Part shown: piece by piece, positions 9,625 to 17,406 of the stretch | How positions within the stretch are numbered: position 1 is the first letter of the stretch | How the letters are laid out: each line of letters starts with the position of its first letter | Assembly: GCA_038209745.1 (NCBI GenBank) | Contig: JBBQXJ010000091.1 | Coordinates: 1 to 18,449, forward strand | DNA from: Verrucomicrobiota bacterium | GTDB taxonomy: Bacteria > Verrucomicrobiota > Verrucomicrobiia > Limisphaerales > CANJSG01 | Direction of reading: 5' to 3' | DNA: 18,449 nucleotides | Position numbers and translations under genes: made by a program | Notes under the pieces: model-generated | Seen by the model: the letters and a program-made list of their open reading frames with translations, nothing else | Told to the model about the DNA's origin: nothing | Database searches by the model: none

Positions 9625-10545
9625 ATGAACCTTCCCAAATACCACGGCATCGTCCCGCCGATGATCACGCCGCTCCTGGACCGCGACACGCTCGACGTCG
9701 CGGGGTTGGAGCGACTCGTCGAACACATCGTCGCGGGCGGCGTCCACGGGCTCTTCATCCTCGGCACCACGGGAGAAGGTCCCAGCCTCGGCTATCGGCT
9801 GCGGCGCGAGCTGATCGAGCACACCTGCCGACTGGTGAACCATCGTGTGCCGGTGTTGGTCGGGATCACCGACACGGCTTTTGTGGAGTCGGTCAGTGTC
9901 GCCCGGGCGGCGGCCGACTCCGGTGCGGACGCGGTCGTGCTTGCGCCTCCGTATTACCTGCCGGAAGGCCAGCCGGAGCTGCAGGAGTATCTGGCCCATC
10001 TGGTGCCTGAACTGCCGCTGCCGCTCTTCCTCTACAACATGCCGGCGCTGACGAAGGTGCCCTTCGAGATCGAAACGGTGCGCCGGGCCATGGACGAGCC
10101 CCGCGTCATCGGGCTCAAGGACAGTTCCGGCGACATGGGCTACTTCCACCGCGCCTTTGGACTGGTGCACCATCGTCCGGACTGGACGCTGCTCATCGGA
10201 CCGGAGGAAATGCTGTTCGATGCCGTTCTGGCCGGTGGCCATGGCGGAGTGAACGGTGGGGCCAATGTCTTTCCGCGCCTGTACGTGAAGCTTTTCGAGG
10301 CGGCCCGCGCCGGCGATTTGGCGACGGCGCGAAAGCTCCATGCCGTGGTGATGCAGGTGAGCGAAGCGCTCTACCGGATCGGCCGCCATCCATCCGCGAT
10401 CATCAAAGGGATCAAGGGCGCCGCCCGTTCGCTCGGGCTCTGCGACGATTTCATGGCCGAGCCCTTCCATCGGTTCCGCGGGGAGCAGCGGACGCTCTTA
10501 GAACAAAACGTCCAACGGCTTCAAAACCTCATGGCGACCGTTTGA
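9625..10545 (+). CDS. DHDPS/NAL-family class I aldolase or lyase (probably not DapA)
   Basis: GIVPPMITP, GTTGE, PPYY, LYNMP and Schiff-base Lys in GLKDSSGD; located in a sugar operon. Confidence 0.92.
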   Translation: MNLPKYHGIVPPMITPLLDRDTLDVAGLERLVEHIVAGGVHGLFILGTTGEGPSLGYRLRRELIEHTCRLVNHRVPVLVGITDTAFVESVSVARAAADSGADAVVLAPPYYLPEGQPELQEYLAHLVPELPLPLFLYNMPALTKVPFEIETVRRAMDEPRVIGLKDSSGDMGYFHRAFGLVHHRPDWTLLIGPEEMLFDAVLAGGHGGVNGGANVFPRLYVKLFEAARAGDLATARKLHAVVMQVSEALYRIGRHPSAIIKGIKGAARSLGLCDDFMAEPFHRFRGEQRTLLEQNVQRLQNLMATV

Positions 10546-10620
10546 GCCTCCCCGCCCAAACGGCGATCCGGATCGAGCGGGGCAAAGAGTCGACGGATGC
10601 GACTGGGCGGGCTCGGCCGT

Positions 10621-11370
10621 TCAGGTCCCGAGATTGAAATCTCCGAGAGGCTCGACCTGGCTGCGAAGGATCCAGCCGTCAAGGCCGTCGATGGCGCGGA
10701 CGTTGAGCCAGTCGTCCTTACGGTCGAGGACTTCGAGTTCGGTGCCGTCGGGTGGAGTGGACTTGCTCTGGGAGTCGGGGATCGGGCCGCGACGGATCAC
10801 GGCTTCCGGCACATTGACGACCACGCGATGGGTCCAGATCTGGTCGTCGGCGACCACCAGGGTCGCGGTGGCGAGGAGCAACGCGGTGAAACCAAGGGCC
10901 CATCTGGCGGTCCGCTGGGGCGTTCGACGTTCGGGCTTGAGCTCGGCGACGGCACGGAGCACGAACCAGAGAAACACGGCCAGTCCGGTGGTGACCGCCC
11001 AGGTGTTCGGCGACACGCGACCGAGGAGCGCGGCGAGCGATTCGTCCTGTTTGTGGCCGGCCTTCATCCGGGCCATGCGGAGGTTGTTGAGGATCTCGCC
11101 GTCGCGCGGGGCGAGTCGTTGGGCGTGGGAATAGGCGGCGATGGCGCGTCCGAGCTGGCCGGCCTGGTAGCGGGCGTTGCCGAGGTTGAACCAGACCGTC
11201 GCATTGATCTGGTCCTCTCCGGCGAGCCGCTGGTAGGCGGCGGCGGCTTCGGGGTAGCGGCCCTGTTCGTAGAGGCGGTTGGCGGCGTTGAAATCCTCCT
11301 CCGCCGAAGCGAAGAGCGCCGGGTTGAACCAGAGGACCAGGAGCAGGGCGAGGAGGGTGCGGCGAATCAT
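10621..11370 (-). CDS. batE: BatE-like protein (signal, TPR, two TM helices, SH3-like domain)
   Basis: FNAANRLYEQGRY, FNLGNARYQAGQLGRAIAAY, APRD...NL; C-terminal GTELEVLDRKDDWLNVR...GWI. ATG 11370 overlaps the batD stop (ATGA). Confidence 0.8.
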   Translation of the reverse strand: MIRRTLLALLLVLWFNPALFASAEEDFNAANRLYEQGRYPEAAAAYQRLAGEDQINATVWFNLGNARYQAGQLGRAIAAYSHAQRLAPRDGEILNNLRMARMKAGHKQDESLAALLGRVSPNTWAVTTGLAVFLWFVLRAVAELKPERRTPQRTARWALGFTALLLATATLVVADDQIWTHRVVVNVPEAVIRRGPIPDSQSKSTPPDGTELEVLDRKDDWLNVRAIDGLDGWILRSQVEPLGDFNLGT

Positions 11371-13169
11371 TTCACTTTCTGGAGATCGCCGAGCACGCTC
11401 TCGATCCGCGGGATCCACGATGCCAGTTCGGCGCTGGTCTGACGGCCGGCGTAGCGGGCGTTGTTGCAGGCCTGGAAGATCTGATGGCAGCGGGAGAGCA
11501 GGTCCTCGGAGACGCCCTTCGCGCGGAGCCGATCATCGAGGATGGACTCGGTGATGCCGGAGGCGGGCAGCCGGAGGCGCTCGCCGAGCTGTTCCTGCAA
11601 GAGGCGGAAGGTGGTGGCGAAAAAGGGTTCCACTTCGTCGTTCCTGGCGCGGACGGCAAGATCGGCCAGGCCGGCGCGGACGTGGCGGGAGACGTTCTTC
11701 TTCCGGCCGATCTCGGGATCACGGACGAGGGCTTCGCGGCGTTTGCGGAGCAGGCGCGCCGCGAACCACACGACCGGGGCGAGGGTGTTGAAAACCCAGA
11801 AAAGCGGCTGCTCGATGAGCTGGGCGGGAGGGGTGGAAAGAGCTCCGAGAGTGGGGCGGATATGGGCGAATTCGACGGTCTTGCCGTCTGCTTTCGGGCC
11901 GGTGGCGGCTATGGATGGCTGGGCTTCTGCGGTGGCCCGGACGGTGATGGGCACGGCCGCGGTCTTGATCGTCTCGAACCGCTCCGTGGCCGGGTTGAAG
12001 AAGCTGAAGACGAACGGAGGCAGGGCGGCGACGGCGGCGTTCTGCGGAGCGACCACCCATTCGAAGAAGGCTTTGCCGGAAAGTCCGAGCGGCTCGACCT
12101 CGAAACGGCTGTTAGGATCGTATTTCTGGAAGTCGCGCCAACCGGCCTGTTCCGGGAGGCGGAGCATTTCGAGATTGCCCTGGCCCGCGATCTGGATGCG
12201 GACGGTGATGGGATCACCCACGACGAGATTGGTCGGCGACGCTTCGAGCGACACGGTGAAAGTGCCGACGGCGCCGTTGAAGCCTTCGGGGCGGTTCCCG
12301 GGCAAAGGCAGCACCTGGATCGGGACCTCGTCGCTCTTGAGGCCGGTGCGGACGACGGCCTGGGGCCGGCCGAAAATGTCGGTGCCGCGGCTGGGATCCT
12401 GCAACATGACCTCCATGGTCGCCGGACCGAGAACGAGAGGGCCGGCCTTGGTGGCCGTGCCGGAACTCCGATAGTTGATGGTGTTGTAGGCGATGCCGTT
12501 GATCACCTCGCGCTGTTGACGGTCGGCAATGACCCGGCCGTGCACGAAACCGTCTCCGCCGAGCTGGGGAAGCTGGAGCAGCTGGGCGCCCGCGGCGGCG
12601 TAGAGCTTGATCTCGAACGGGACGGTCTCGCCGAGGAAGGCATTGGTCCTGGCCGTGGAGAGGACGAGGAAGACGGTCTTGGCCTGGCCCGAATCGTCCA
12701 TGCCGGCGGTTCCAGGCGGGTTGCCCGCAGAGGATGCGATCGCTCTCAGACTGAGGGGCTGGGACTTGAGCCGCTTGCCGTCGACCACCACCTCGACCGC
12801 CGGGATGGAGACCGTGCCGGCGTTCATCGGGAGGATGACATAGGTGTAGGTGCGACGCGACACCCTTTGGGCTCCCGAAGGGGTGATCGTCATGGATGCC
12901 ATGTTGCCGGTGGCGGGTCCGGTCACTTGCGCGTTCGGCAGCTGGGGCAGGGCCGGTGCCAAGTCGGGCGTGCCGTTCTCCACGGTGAAGGTCAGCTCGG
13001 CCACCGAACCGATGGTGACGACGGTGCGGTCGAGCGTGGCGGTGAAAGTGGGGACGGCGCCGAAAGCCTGCCCGCCCAGCACGAGACATGCGGCCAGCAT
13101 GAGAACGCCGCGCAGCAGGAAGCGGAGCGCGGCGGCGGACACAGCATGTGAGCCAGAACCAATCACCAC
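11367..13169 (-). CDS. batD: BatD-like protein; start uncertain (GTG 13169 or ATG 13100)
   Basis: FTATLDRTVV, GTVSIPAVEVVVDGK, FNGAVGTF, VGDPIT..I.GQGNL, FSFFNPATERFET, one TM helix, CNNARYA. Confidence 0.88.
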   Translation of the reverse strand: MVIGSGSHAVSAAALRFLLRGVLMLAACLVLGGQAFGAVPTFTATLDRTVVTIGSVAELTFTVENGTPDLAPALPQLPNAQVTGPATGNMASMTITPSGAQRVSRRTYTYVILPMNAGTVSIPAVEVVVDGKRLKSQPLSLRAIASSAGNPPGTAGMDDSGQAKTVFLVLSTARTNAFLGETVPFEIKLYAAAGAQLLQLPQLGGDGFVHGRVIADRQQREVINGIAYNTINYRSSGTATKAGPLVLGPATMEVMLQDPSRGTDIFGRPQAVVRTGLKSDEVPIQVLPLPGNRPEGFNGAVGTFTVSLEASPTNLVVGDPITVRIQIAGQGNLEMLRLPEQAGWRDFQKYDPNSRFEVEPLGLSGKAFFEWVVAPQNAAVAALPPFVFSFFNPATERFETIKTAAVPITVRATAEAQPSIAATGPKADGKTVEFAHIRPTLGALSTPPAQLIEQPLFWVFNTLAPVVWFAARLLRKRREALVRDPEIGRKKNVSRHVRAGLADLAVRARNDEVEPFFATTFRLLQEQLGERLRLPASGITESILDDRLRAKGVSEDLLSRCHQIFQACNNARYAGRQTSAELASWIPRIESVLGDLQKVK

Positions 13170-13249
13170 AGAATCGACAGCGAAACCTTGGAGGGTGTTC
13201 AGTCACCAACGCAAGAACCGGAACGGAGGAACTGTCGCCCCAAAAACCC

Positions 13250-13278
13250 TTCGCCTTCCCGGATCGCGTCCGTAGGCT
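13250..13278 (+). promoter_or_regulatory. Possible leaderless promoter of the 13285 gene
   Basis: TTCGCC (13250-13255), N17, TAGGCT (13273-13278), 6 nt, then GTG (13285); same geometry as the nadA and NYN promoters. Confidence 0.45.
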
Positions 13279-13284
13279 GGCGCC

Positions 13285-13803
13285 GTGAGCGACGCCAGTT
13301 CCAAATTGTTCGATCCCGCGAACCCGCCGGGCCTGGGCCCCGATCCGCGCGCCGACCGCCTTTCCTCGGGGGAAGTGGAGCGGGAACTGGGGTCGTTTTT
13401 CGTCGATCATCCCCCGGGCGACGAGGTCCGGCCGCTCGTCCGTGCCTTGGCGCTCCTTTGGCACGACCACCTCGACGAAGCCCACGTCATCGTCCAGGAC
13501 CATCTGAGTGGCGCCGGGGCCTACCTGCACGGGATCATGCACCGGCGCGAGGCGGACTACTGGAACGCCAAATACTGGTTTCGACGGGTCGGCGGGCAGC
13601 CGTTCTTCGGGTCATTTGGGCCCGTCGTCGAGGCGATGCCCGGCGGAGAGAAGTGCGTGGTTGGAGGTCTCTTTGATCCGGCTGAATTCACGGATGCGGT
13701 CGAGCAGTCCGTCCGGAGACAGGGAGGTGCCTTGCCCGGGGCGCAACTGCTCGCGATCCAAGCCGCCGAGTTCCAGTCCCTGTGGGCCCATCTGACCGCA
13801 TGA
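13285..13803 (+). CDS. Conserved hypothetical helical protein
   Basis: LWHDHLDEAHVIVQ...YLHGIMHRREADYWNAKYWFRRVG motif; ATGA overlap with the downstream transporter. Confidence 0.8.
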   Translation: MSDASSKLFDPANPPGLGPDPRADRLSSGEVERELGSFFVDHPPGDEVRPLVRALALLWHDHLDEAHVIVQDHLSGAGAYLHGIMHRREADYWNAKYWFRRVGGQPFFGSFGPVVEAMPGGEKCVVGGLFDPAEFTDAVEQSVRRQGGALPGAQLLAIQAAEFQSLWAHLTA

Positions 13804-14750
13804 GCGGGTTCGACACCGTCATCACCGCGGTCTTGCCGGTCTTCGTCGTGGTTCTGACCGGCCTTACCCTGCGCAAGGTCAACTGGCTGACCGAGGAAGC
13901 CGACCATAGCTTGATCCGGCTGACGGTTAATATTCTCCAGCCCGCGCTGATCCTCGATTCCGTCCTCAAAAACGACGCCCTGAAACAGGCGGCCAATGTC
14001 GTTGTGCCGCCGGCGCTGGGCTTCGGACTGTGTGCCACCGGGATGCTGGTGGCGTTTCTGTTGGCGCGAACCCTGGGGCTCAAGAGCCGAGAATCCGCCG
14101 GGACCTTCGGCCTGTGCGCGGGACTGCAGAACTACGGCTATGTGCCCATTCCCCTGATCATGGCGCTGTTCGACCAGGAAACATTGGGCGTCCTCTTCGT
14201 CCACAATCTGGGGGTGGACACGGCCATGTGGACGGTGGGGCTCATGCTGTTGCGGCCGCCGGGGCAAGGCGCGGCTTGGAAGCGGCTCTTGAGCGCGCCG
14301 GTTCTCGCGATCGTGACCGGTGTCATCCTGAACGCCGCCGGCGCCTATCACTTCATCCCGAAGTTCATTCTCGATACGATCCACATGGTGGGGCAGTGCG
14401 CTCTGCCGATGGGGTTGATCCTGGTCGGAGCGACGATGGCGGACCAGTTGAAGGGCTTCCAATCGCGTCAGGGATTCGGGGTCATGGCCGGAGCCTGCGC
14501 GGTTCGACTGGGACTGTTGCCCCTGCTGTTTTTGGTCGTCGCGAAATATGCACCCCTGTCCGTCGAGCTGAAGCGGGTGCTCGTGGTCCAGGCCGCCATG
14601 CCGTCGGCCATCTTTCCCGTGGTGATGGCGAAGCACTTCGGCGGCGACCAGGGGACCGCCATCCGGGTGGTGGCGGCGACGGCCATCGTGAGCCTCGTCA
14701 CCATCCCGTTCTGGTTGAAGTTCGGGCTCGAATGGGTGGGCGGAAACTGA
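13800..14750 (+). CDS. AEC (auxin efflux carrier) family transporter
   Basis: About 10 TM segments; VLPVF, PALI, NYGYVPIP, LPMGLILVGA, QAAMPSA. Confidence 0.92.
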   Translation: MSGFDTVITAVLPVFVVVLTGLTLRKVNWLTEEADHSLIRLTVNILQPALILDSVLKNDALKQAANVVVPPALGFGLCATGMLVAFLLARTLGLKSRESAGTFGLCAGLQNYGYVPIPLIMALFDQETLGVLFVHNLGVDTAMWTVGLMLLRPPGQGAAWKRLLSAPVLAIVTGVILNAAGAYHFIPKFILDTIHMVGQCALPMGLILVGATMADQLKGFQSRQGFGVMAGACAVRLGLLPLLFLVVAKYAPLSVELKRVLVVQAAMPSAIFPVVMAKHFGGDQGTAIRVVAATAIVSLVTIPFWLKFGLEWVGGN

Positions 14751-14864
14751 GCGGTCGACGGACTCGAAACGGGGGGTTGGCAAGACGAGCGAAAGTGGCA
14801 TTGTCGCGTGCGGAGGGTTCTGAAAAAACGGGACTCCGGACTGGACCAGACAAGAAGACACGAC

Positions 14865-16190
14865 ATGAAAACCATCCTGAAATCTCTTTGGCTTGGCCTC
14901 TGCGTTCTGGCCCTGCTCGGCTTGCCGGTCTCGGCCCAGAAACTGACGGGGGTGTCTCCCGCAAATTTTTCCACAGGGGTCGGGAAGGACACCACGGTGA
15001 CCTTCACCTTCGACACCGACATGAAGCCGATCCAGGACTTCTCTTGGCTGGCCAACAGCGGCGGATTTCCTTCGCAGATCACGGGCTTTTCCTATGTCTG
15101 GACGACCACGAGAAAACTGGTGGCGACGAAGTCGGGAGGATTTCCCGCCAATACGATGATCATCTGGACCGCGAACGAGGAGGGCTTCGCGGATCAATTG
15201 GGATTCCCCCTTGATTCCAACGGGATGAACAGCGGGTTCTTCACGACCGGAAGCGGATCCGGGGGGGGAGGCGGCGGAGGTGCCGGAGGCGGGGCTGCGG
15301 AGATCAGTTTGTCCAAACTGGCCAACTACGCCCAGACCACCGCCGCCGACCCGGTGCTCGACACCGACCTCGGATATGAGTTCAGCGTCTTCGTGACGGC
15401 ACCGGAGTCCCGCGGGCTGACAAATGTATCGCTGACGATTCCCGGAGGAGCGGTGTCGAACCTCTTTTCCAGCCCGTTCCAGCAGACCAACTTTTTCCTC
15501 CTGTCCTACTCCAACGACCTGGCGGCGGTGGAGGCCAAGTTTCCGCCCGGCAACTACGGGGTCGGGTTGCAGGCACCAGGCTCGAACCAGACCGTGGCCG
15601 TGGCCTTCCCCGCCACTCCGATCCCGTCCGCGGTGAAGTTCTCGAACTTCGCCGCAGGGCAGACCGTCGATCCCGCCGCCGATTTCACCCTTCAGTTCAA
15701 CGCCGGCGGGGTCGCCTCGGACTACGTCTTTGTGGGCGTCAACGAGACCGGCTCGGCGTCCACGATCTACAAGTCGCCTGACCCTGCCGAAGCAGGATAC
15801 CTGATCGGGACCTCGACCCACATCGTGCTTCCGGCCGGTTCCCTGGTAGCGGGCAAGACCTACGAGGTCTACCTTGAGCGCTGGATTCCGAGCACGAACA
15901 ACATTGGGGGCAACGCGGTCGTGGTCGGGGTCGGCAGCTTCACCCAAACCTCCCTGAAAACCCTCGGTGGGGTGGTGGCGATGATCGAACTGAGGAACCC
16001 GACGTTCAGCGGTGGCTTCTTCAGCGCCGAAGCGACGGTCACCGCCAACCAGACCTATCACTTCGAGCGTTCGACCGACGCGGCCGCTTGGATCGAGGTT
16101 TCGTCCGCCTTCGCCCTGGCGACCACGCAAACCTTCACCGACCCCGCGGCGACCAACCCCCACGCGATCTACCGCGTCCGGAAAGACTGA
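14865..16190 (+). CDS. Secreted beta-rich protein with an N-terminal Ig-like (Big_5-like) domain, Gly linker and short C-terminal module
   Basis: Signal MKTILKSLWLGLCVLALLGLPVSA; GVSPANFSTGV...VTFTFDTDM; linker GSGSGGGGGGGAGGG; C-terminal YHFERSTD...W...FTDP...YRVR. Confidence 0.85.
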   Translation: MKTILKSLWLGLCVLALLGLPVSAQKLTGVSPANFSTGVGKDTTVTFTFDTDMKPIQDFSWLANSGGFPSQITGFSYVWTTTRKLVATKSGGFPANTMIIWTANEEGFADQLGFPLDSNGMNSGFFTTGSGSGGGGGGGAGGGAAEISLSKLANYAQTTAADPVLDTDLGYEFSVFVTAPESRGLTNVSLTIPGGAVSNLFSSPFQQTNFFLLSYSNDLAAVEAKFPPGNYGVGLQAPGSNQTVAVAFPATPIPSAVKFSNFAAGQTVDPAADFTLQFNAGGVASDYVFVGVNETGSASTIYKSPDPAEAGYLIGTSTHIVLPAGSLVAGKTYEVYLERWIPSTNNIGGNAVVVGVGSFTQTSLKTLGGVVAMIELRNPTFSGGFFSAEATVTANQTYHFERSTDAAAWIEVSSAFALATTQTFTDPAATNPHAIYRVRKD

Positions 16191-16208
16191 CGGACATCAC
16201 TGTCCAAG

Positions 16209-16247
16209 AACCGGCCGGGCGTATGTCGTCCGGCCGGTTTTCTGTTT
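16209..16247 (+). terminator. Intrinsic terminator between the Ig-like gene and the convergent cusA fragment
   Basis: AACCGGCCGGGCG (16209-16221), loop TATGT, CGTCCGGCCGGTT (16227-16239): a 13-bp stem with one G:U pair, then TTCTGTTT. Confidence 0.85.
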
Positions 16248-16663
16248 CACAAGACTCGGGGCGCGACGGTGGTGATGGCTTCGGTGGTCTGCTTCCGCAG
16301 TTCCCGCTCCCGCAGCCAGAGGAAGATCACCGGCGTCACGATGAGGATGTGGACGAGGCTGCTGAGGACGCCGCCGATGACCGGGGTGGCCAAGGGCTTC
16401 ATGACTTCGGCGCCGGCGCGGTGGCTCCACATGATCGGAAGGAGGCTGGCGATGGTGGTGGCGACGGTCATCACCTTGGGACGGAGACGGAGCTTGGCGC
16501 CGTCTTTCACCGCTTGGAGGAGATCGGCGGCGTTGAAGGCGCCGCCGCGTTCGGCCTTCTTCTTCTCCACCATTTCCTCCAGGAAGATGACCATGACCAC
16601 GCCGGTCTGGATGGCGATGCCGAAGAGCGCGATGTAGCCGACCCAGACCGCGACGCTGAAGTT
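16247..16663 (-). pseudogene. cusA: 3' fragment (138 codons) of a CusA/CzcA heavy-metal RND efflux permease, 5'-truncated
   Basis: [28 protein letters not shown]...[12 protein letters not shown]...[23 protein letters not shown]. In-frame TAG at 16678-16676 just upstream. Intact members are about 1000 aa. Confidence 0.92.
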
Positions 16664-16699
16664 GTCAATAGCTGACTATTGAACTGTCCGTTTGTATTT
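16663..16699. repeat. Palindromic junction site, copy A of a 28-bp direct repeat
   Basis: TG-TCAATAG-CTGA-CTATTGA-ACTGTCCGTTTGTATTT; 16672-16699 matches 17341-17368 at 25/28. Confidence 0.8.
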
Positions 16700-16747
16700 G
16701 TTTTCCCTCATTCCAGTGAGCCTGCGCCTGCAGCGATCGGGTCTGCT

Positions 16748-17068
16748 CCCGGCGGTCTTGAGCATCGTCCGCACGGTCTTGAGTATCGTCCGCAGGGATT
16801 GGACGACCTTCCGCAGGGATTGGACGGTCGTCCGCAAGGCGCGGACGATCTTCCGCGAGGAGGGGACGGTCTTCCGCAAGGAGGGGACGGTCTTCCGCAA
16901 GGCGCCGACGGTCGTCGGCAAGGCGCCGACGGTCTTCCGCAAGGCGCGGACGGTCGTCGGCAAGGCGCGGACGGTCTTCCGAAAGGAGGGGACGATCGTC
17001 CGAGGGAGGGGACGATCTTCCGCAAGGCGCGGACGGTCGTCGGCAAGGCGCGGACGGTCGTCGGCAAG
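16748..17068. repeat. 21-bp tandem array: 15 units (one is 20 bp) plus a partial unit
   Basis: Consensus CCGCAAGGCGCGGACGGTC(G/T)T. Units start at 16748, 16769, 16790 ... 16979, 17000 (20 bp), 17020, 17041. Confidence 0.95.
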
Positions 17069-17235
17069 CCGCTCAGACAGATCCGCGTCCGGATGGGCCC
17101 TCTTCCCGTGGCTCTTTTCTACATTTCCAGAGTATTGGAACGCCTACGTCCCCGCCGCGCTCCTCCCGCGCCTCCACGCCTTTGAGCTGATGATGGCCCC
17201 GGTGGCCGCCGTCACACCAGCAAGACACCTTGGTC

Positions 17236-17319
17236 GGTGCCGTTTCGGCACCTGTCCGGATAGGAACTGGTGCGGGACGATCTCCCGACAGGTTGAAAGC
17301 GGCGACACCCGGTCCCACA
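17236..17319. repeat. Degenerate REP/REPIN-like inverted repeat
   Basis: ACCTGTCCGGA (17250-17260) pairs with TCCCGACAGGT (17283-17293) at 10/11; hairpin GGTGCCG-TTT-CGGCACC at 17236-17252. Confidence 0.4.
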
Positions 17320-17340
17320 AAGTCCTCTGCGGAAGACATT

Positions 17341-17368
17341 CTGACTATTGACCTGTCCCTTTGGATTT
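17341..17368. repeat. Copy B of the 28-bp direct repeat (lacks the left palindrome arm)
   Basis: CTGACTATTGACCTGTCCCTTTGGATTT versus copy A CTGACTATTGAACTGTCCGTTTGTATTT. Confidence 0.8.
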
Positions 17369-17406
17369 TTCTGGCTGCTTTTGCCCGCAAACTGACACTT
17401 GAAGCT

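Noticed and set aside
8014..10470. 818-aa minus-strand ORF
   Set aside because: Antisense shadow of the isomerase and lyase genes, common in high-GC DNA; no motifs.
9625..10545. dapA assignment
   Set aside because: Catabolic operon context and YNMPALT in place of the DapA YNVPxRT arginine.
10550..10583. Terminator after the sugar operon (CCCCGC...CGATCCGGATCG.GCGGGG)
   Set aside because: Interrupted stem and no clear U-tract; too weak to call.
14775..14812. Sigma54 promoter (TGGCA motifs) upstream of the Ig-like gene
   Set aside because: Neither TGGCA has the required GG-N10-GC spacing.
13557..16163. 868-aa minus-strand ORF
   Set aside because: Antisense shadow spanning three well-supported + strand genes.
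16748..17068. CRISPR array
   Set aside because: Units are contiguous 21-mers with no unique spacers, and there are no cas genes.
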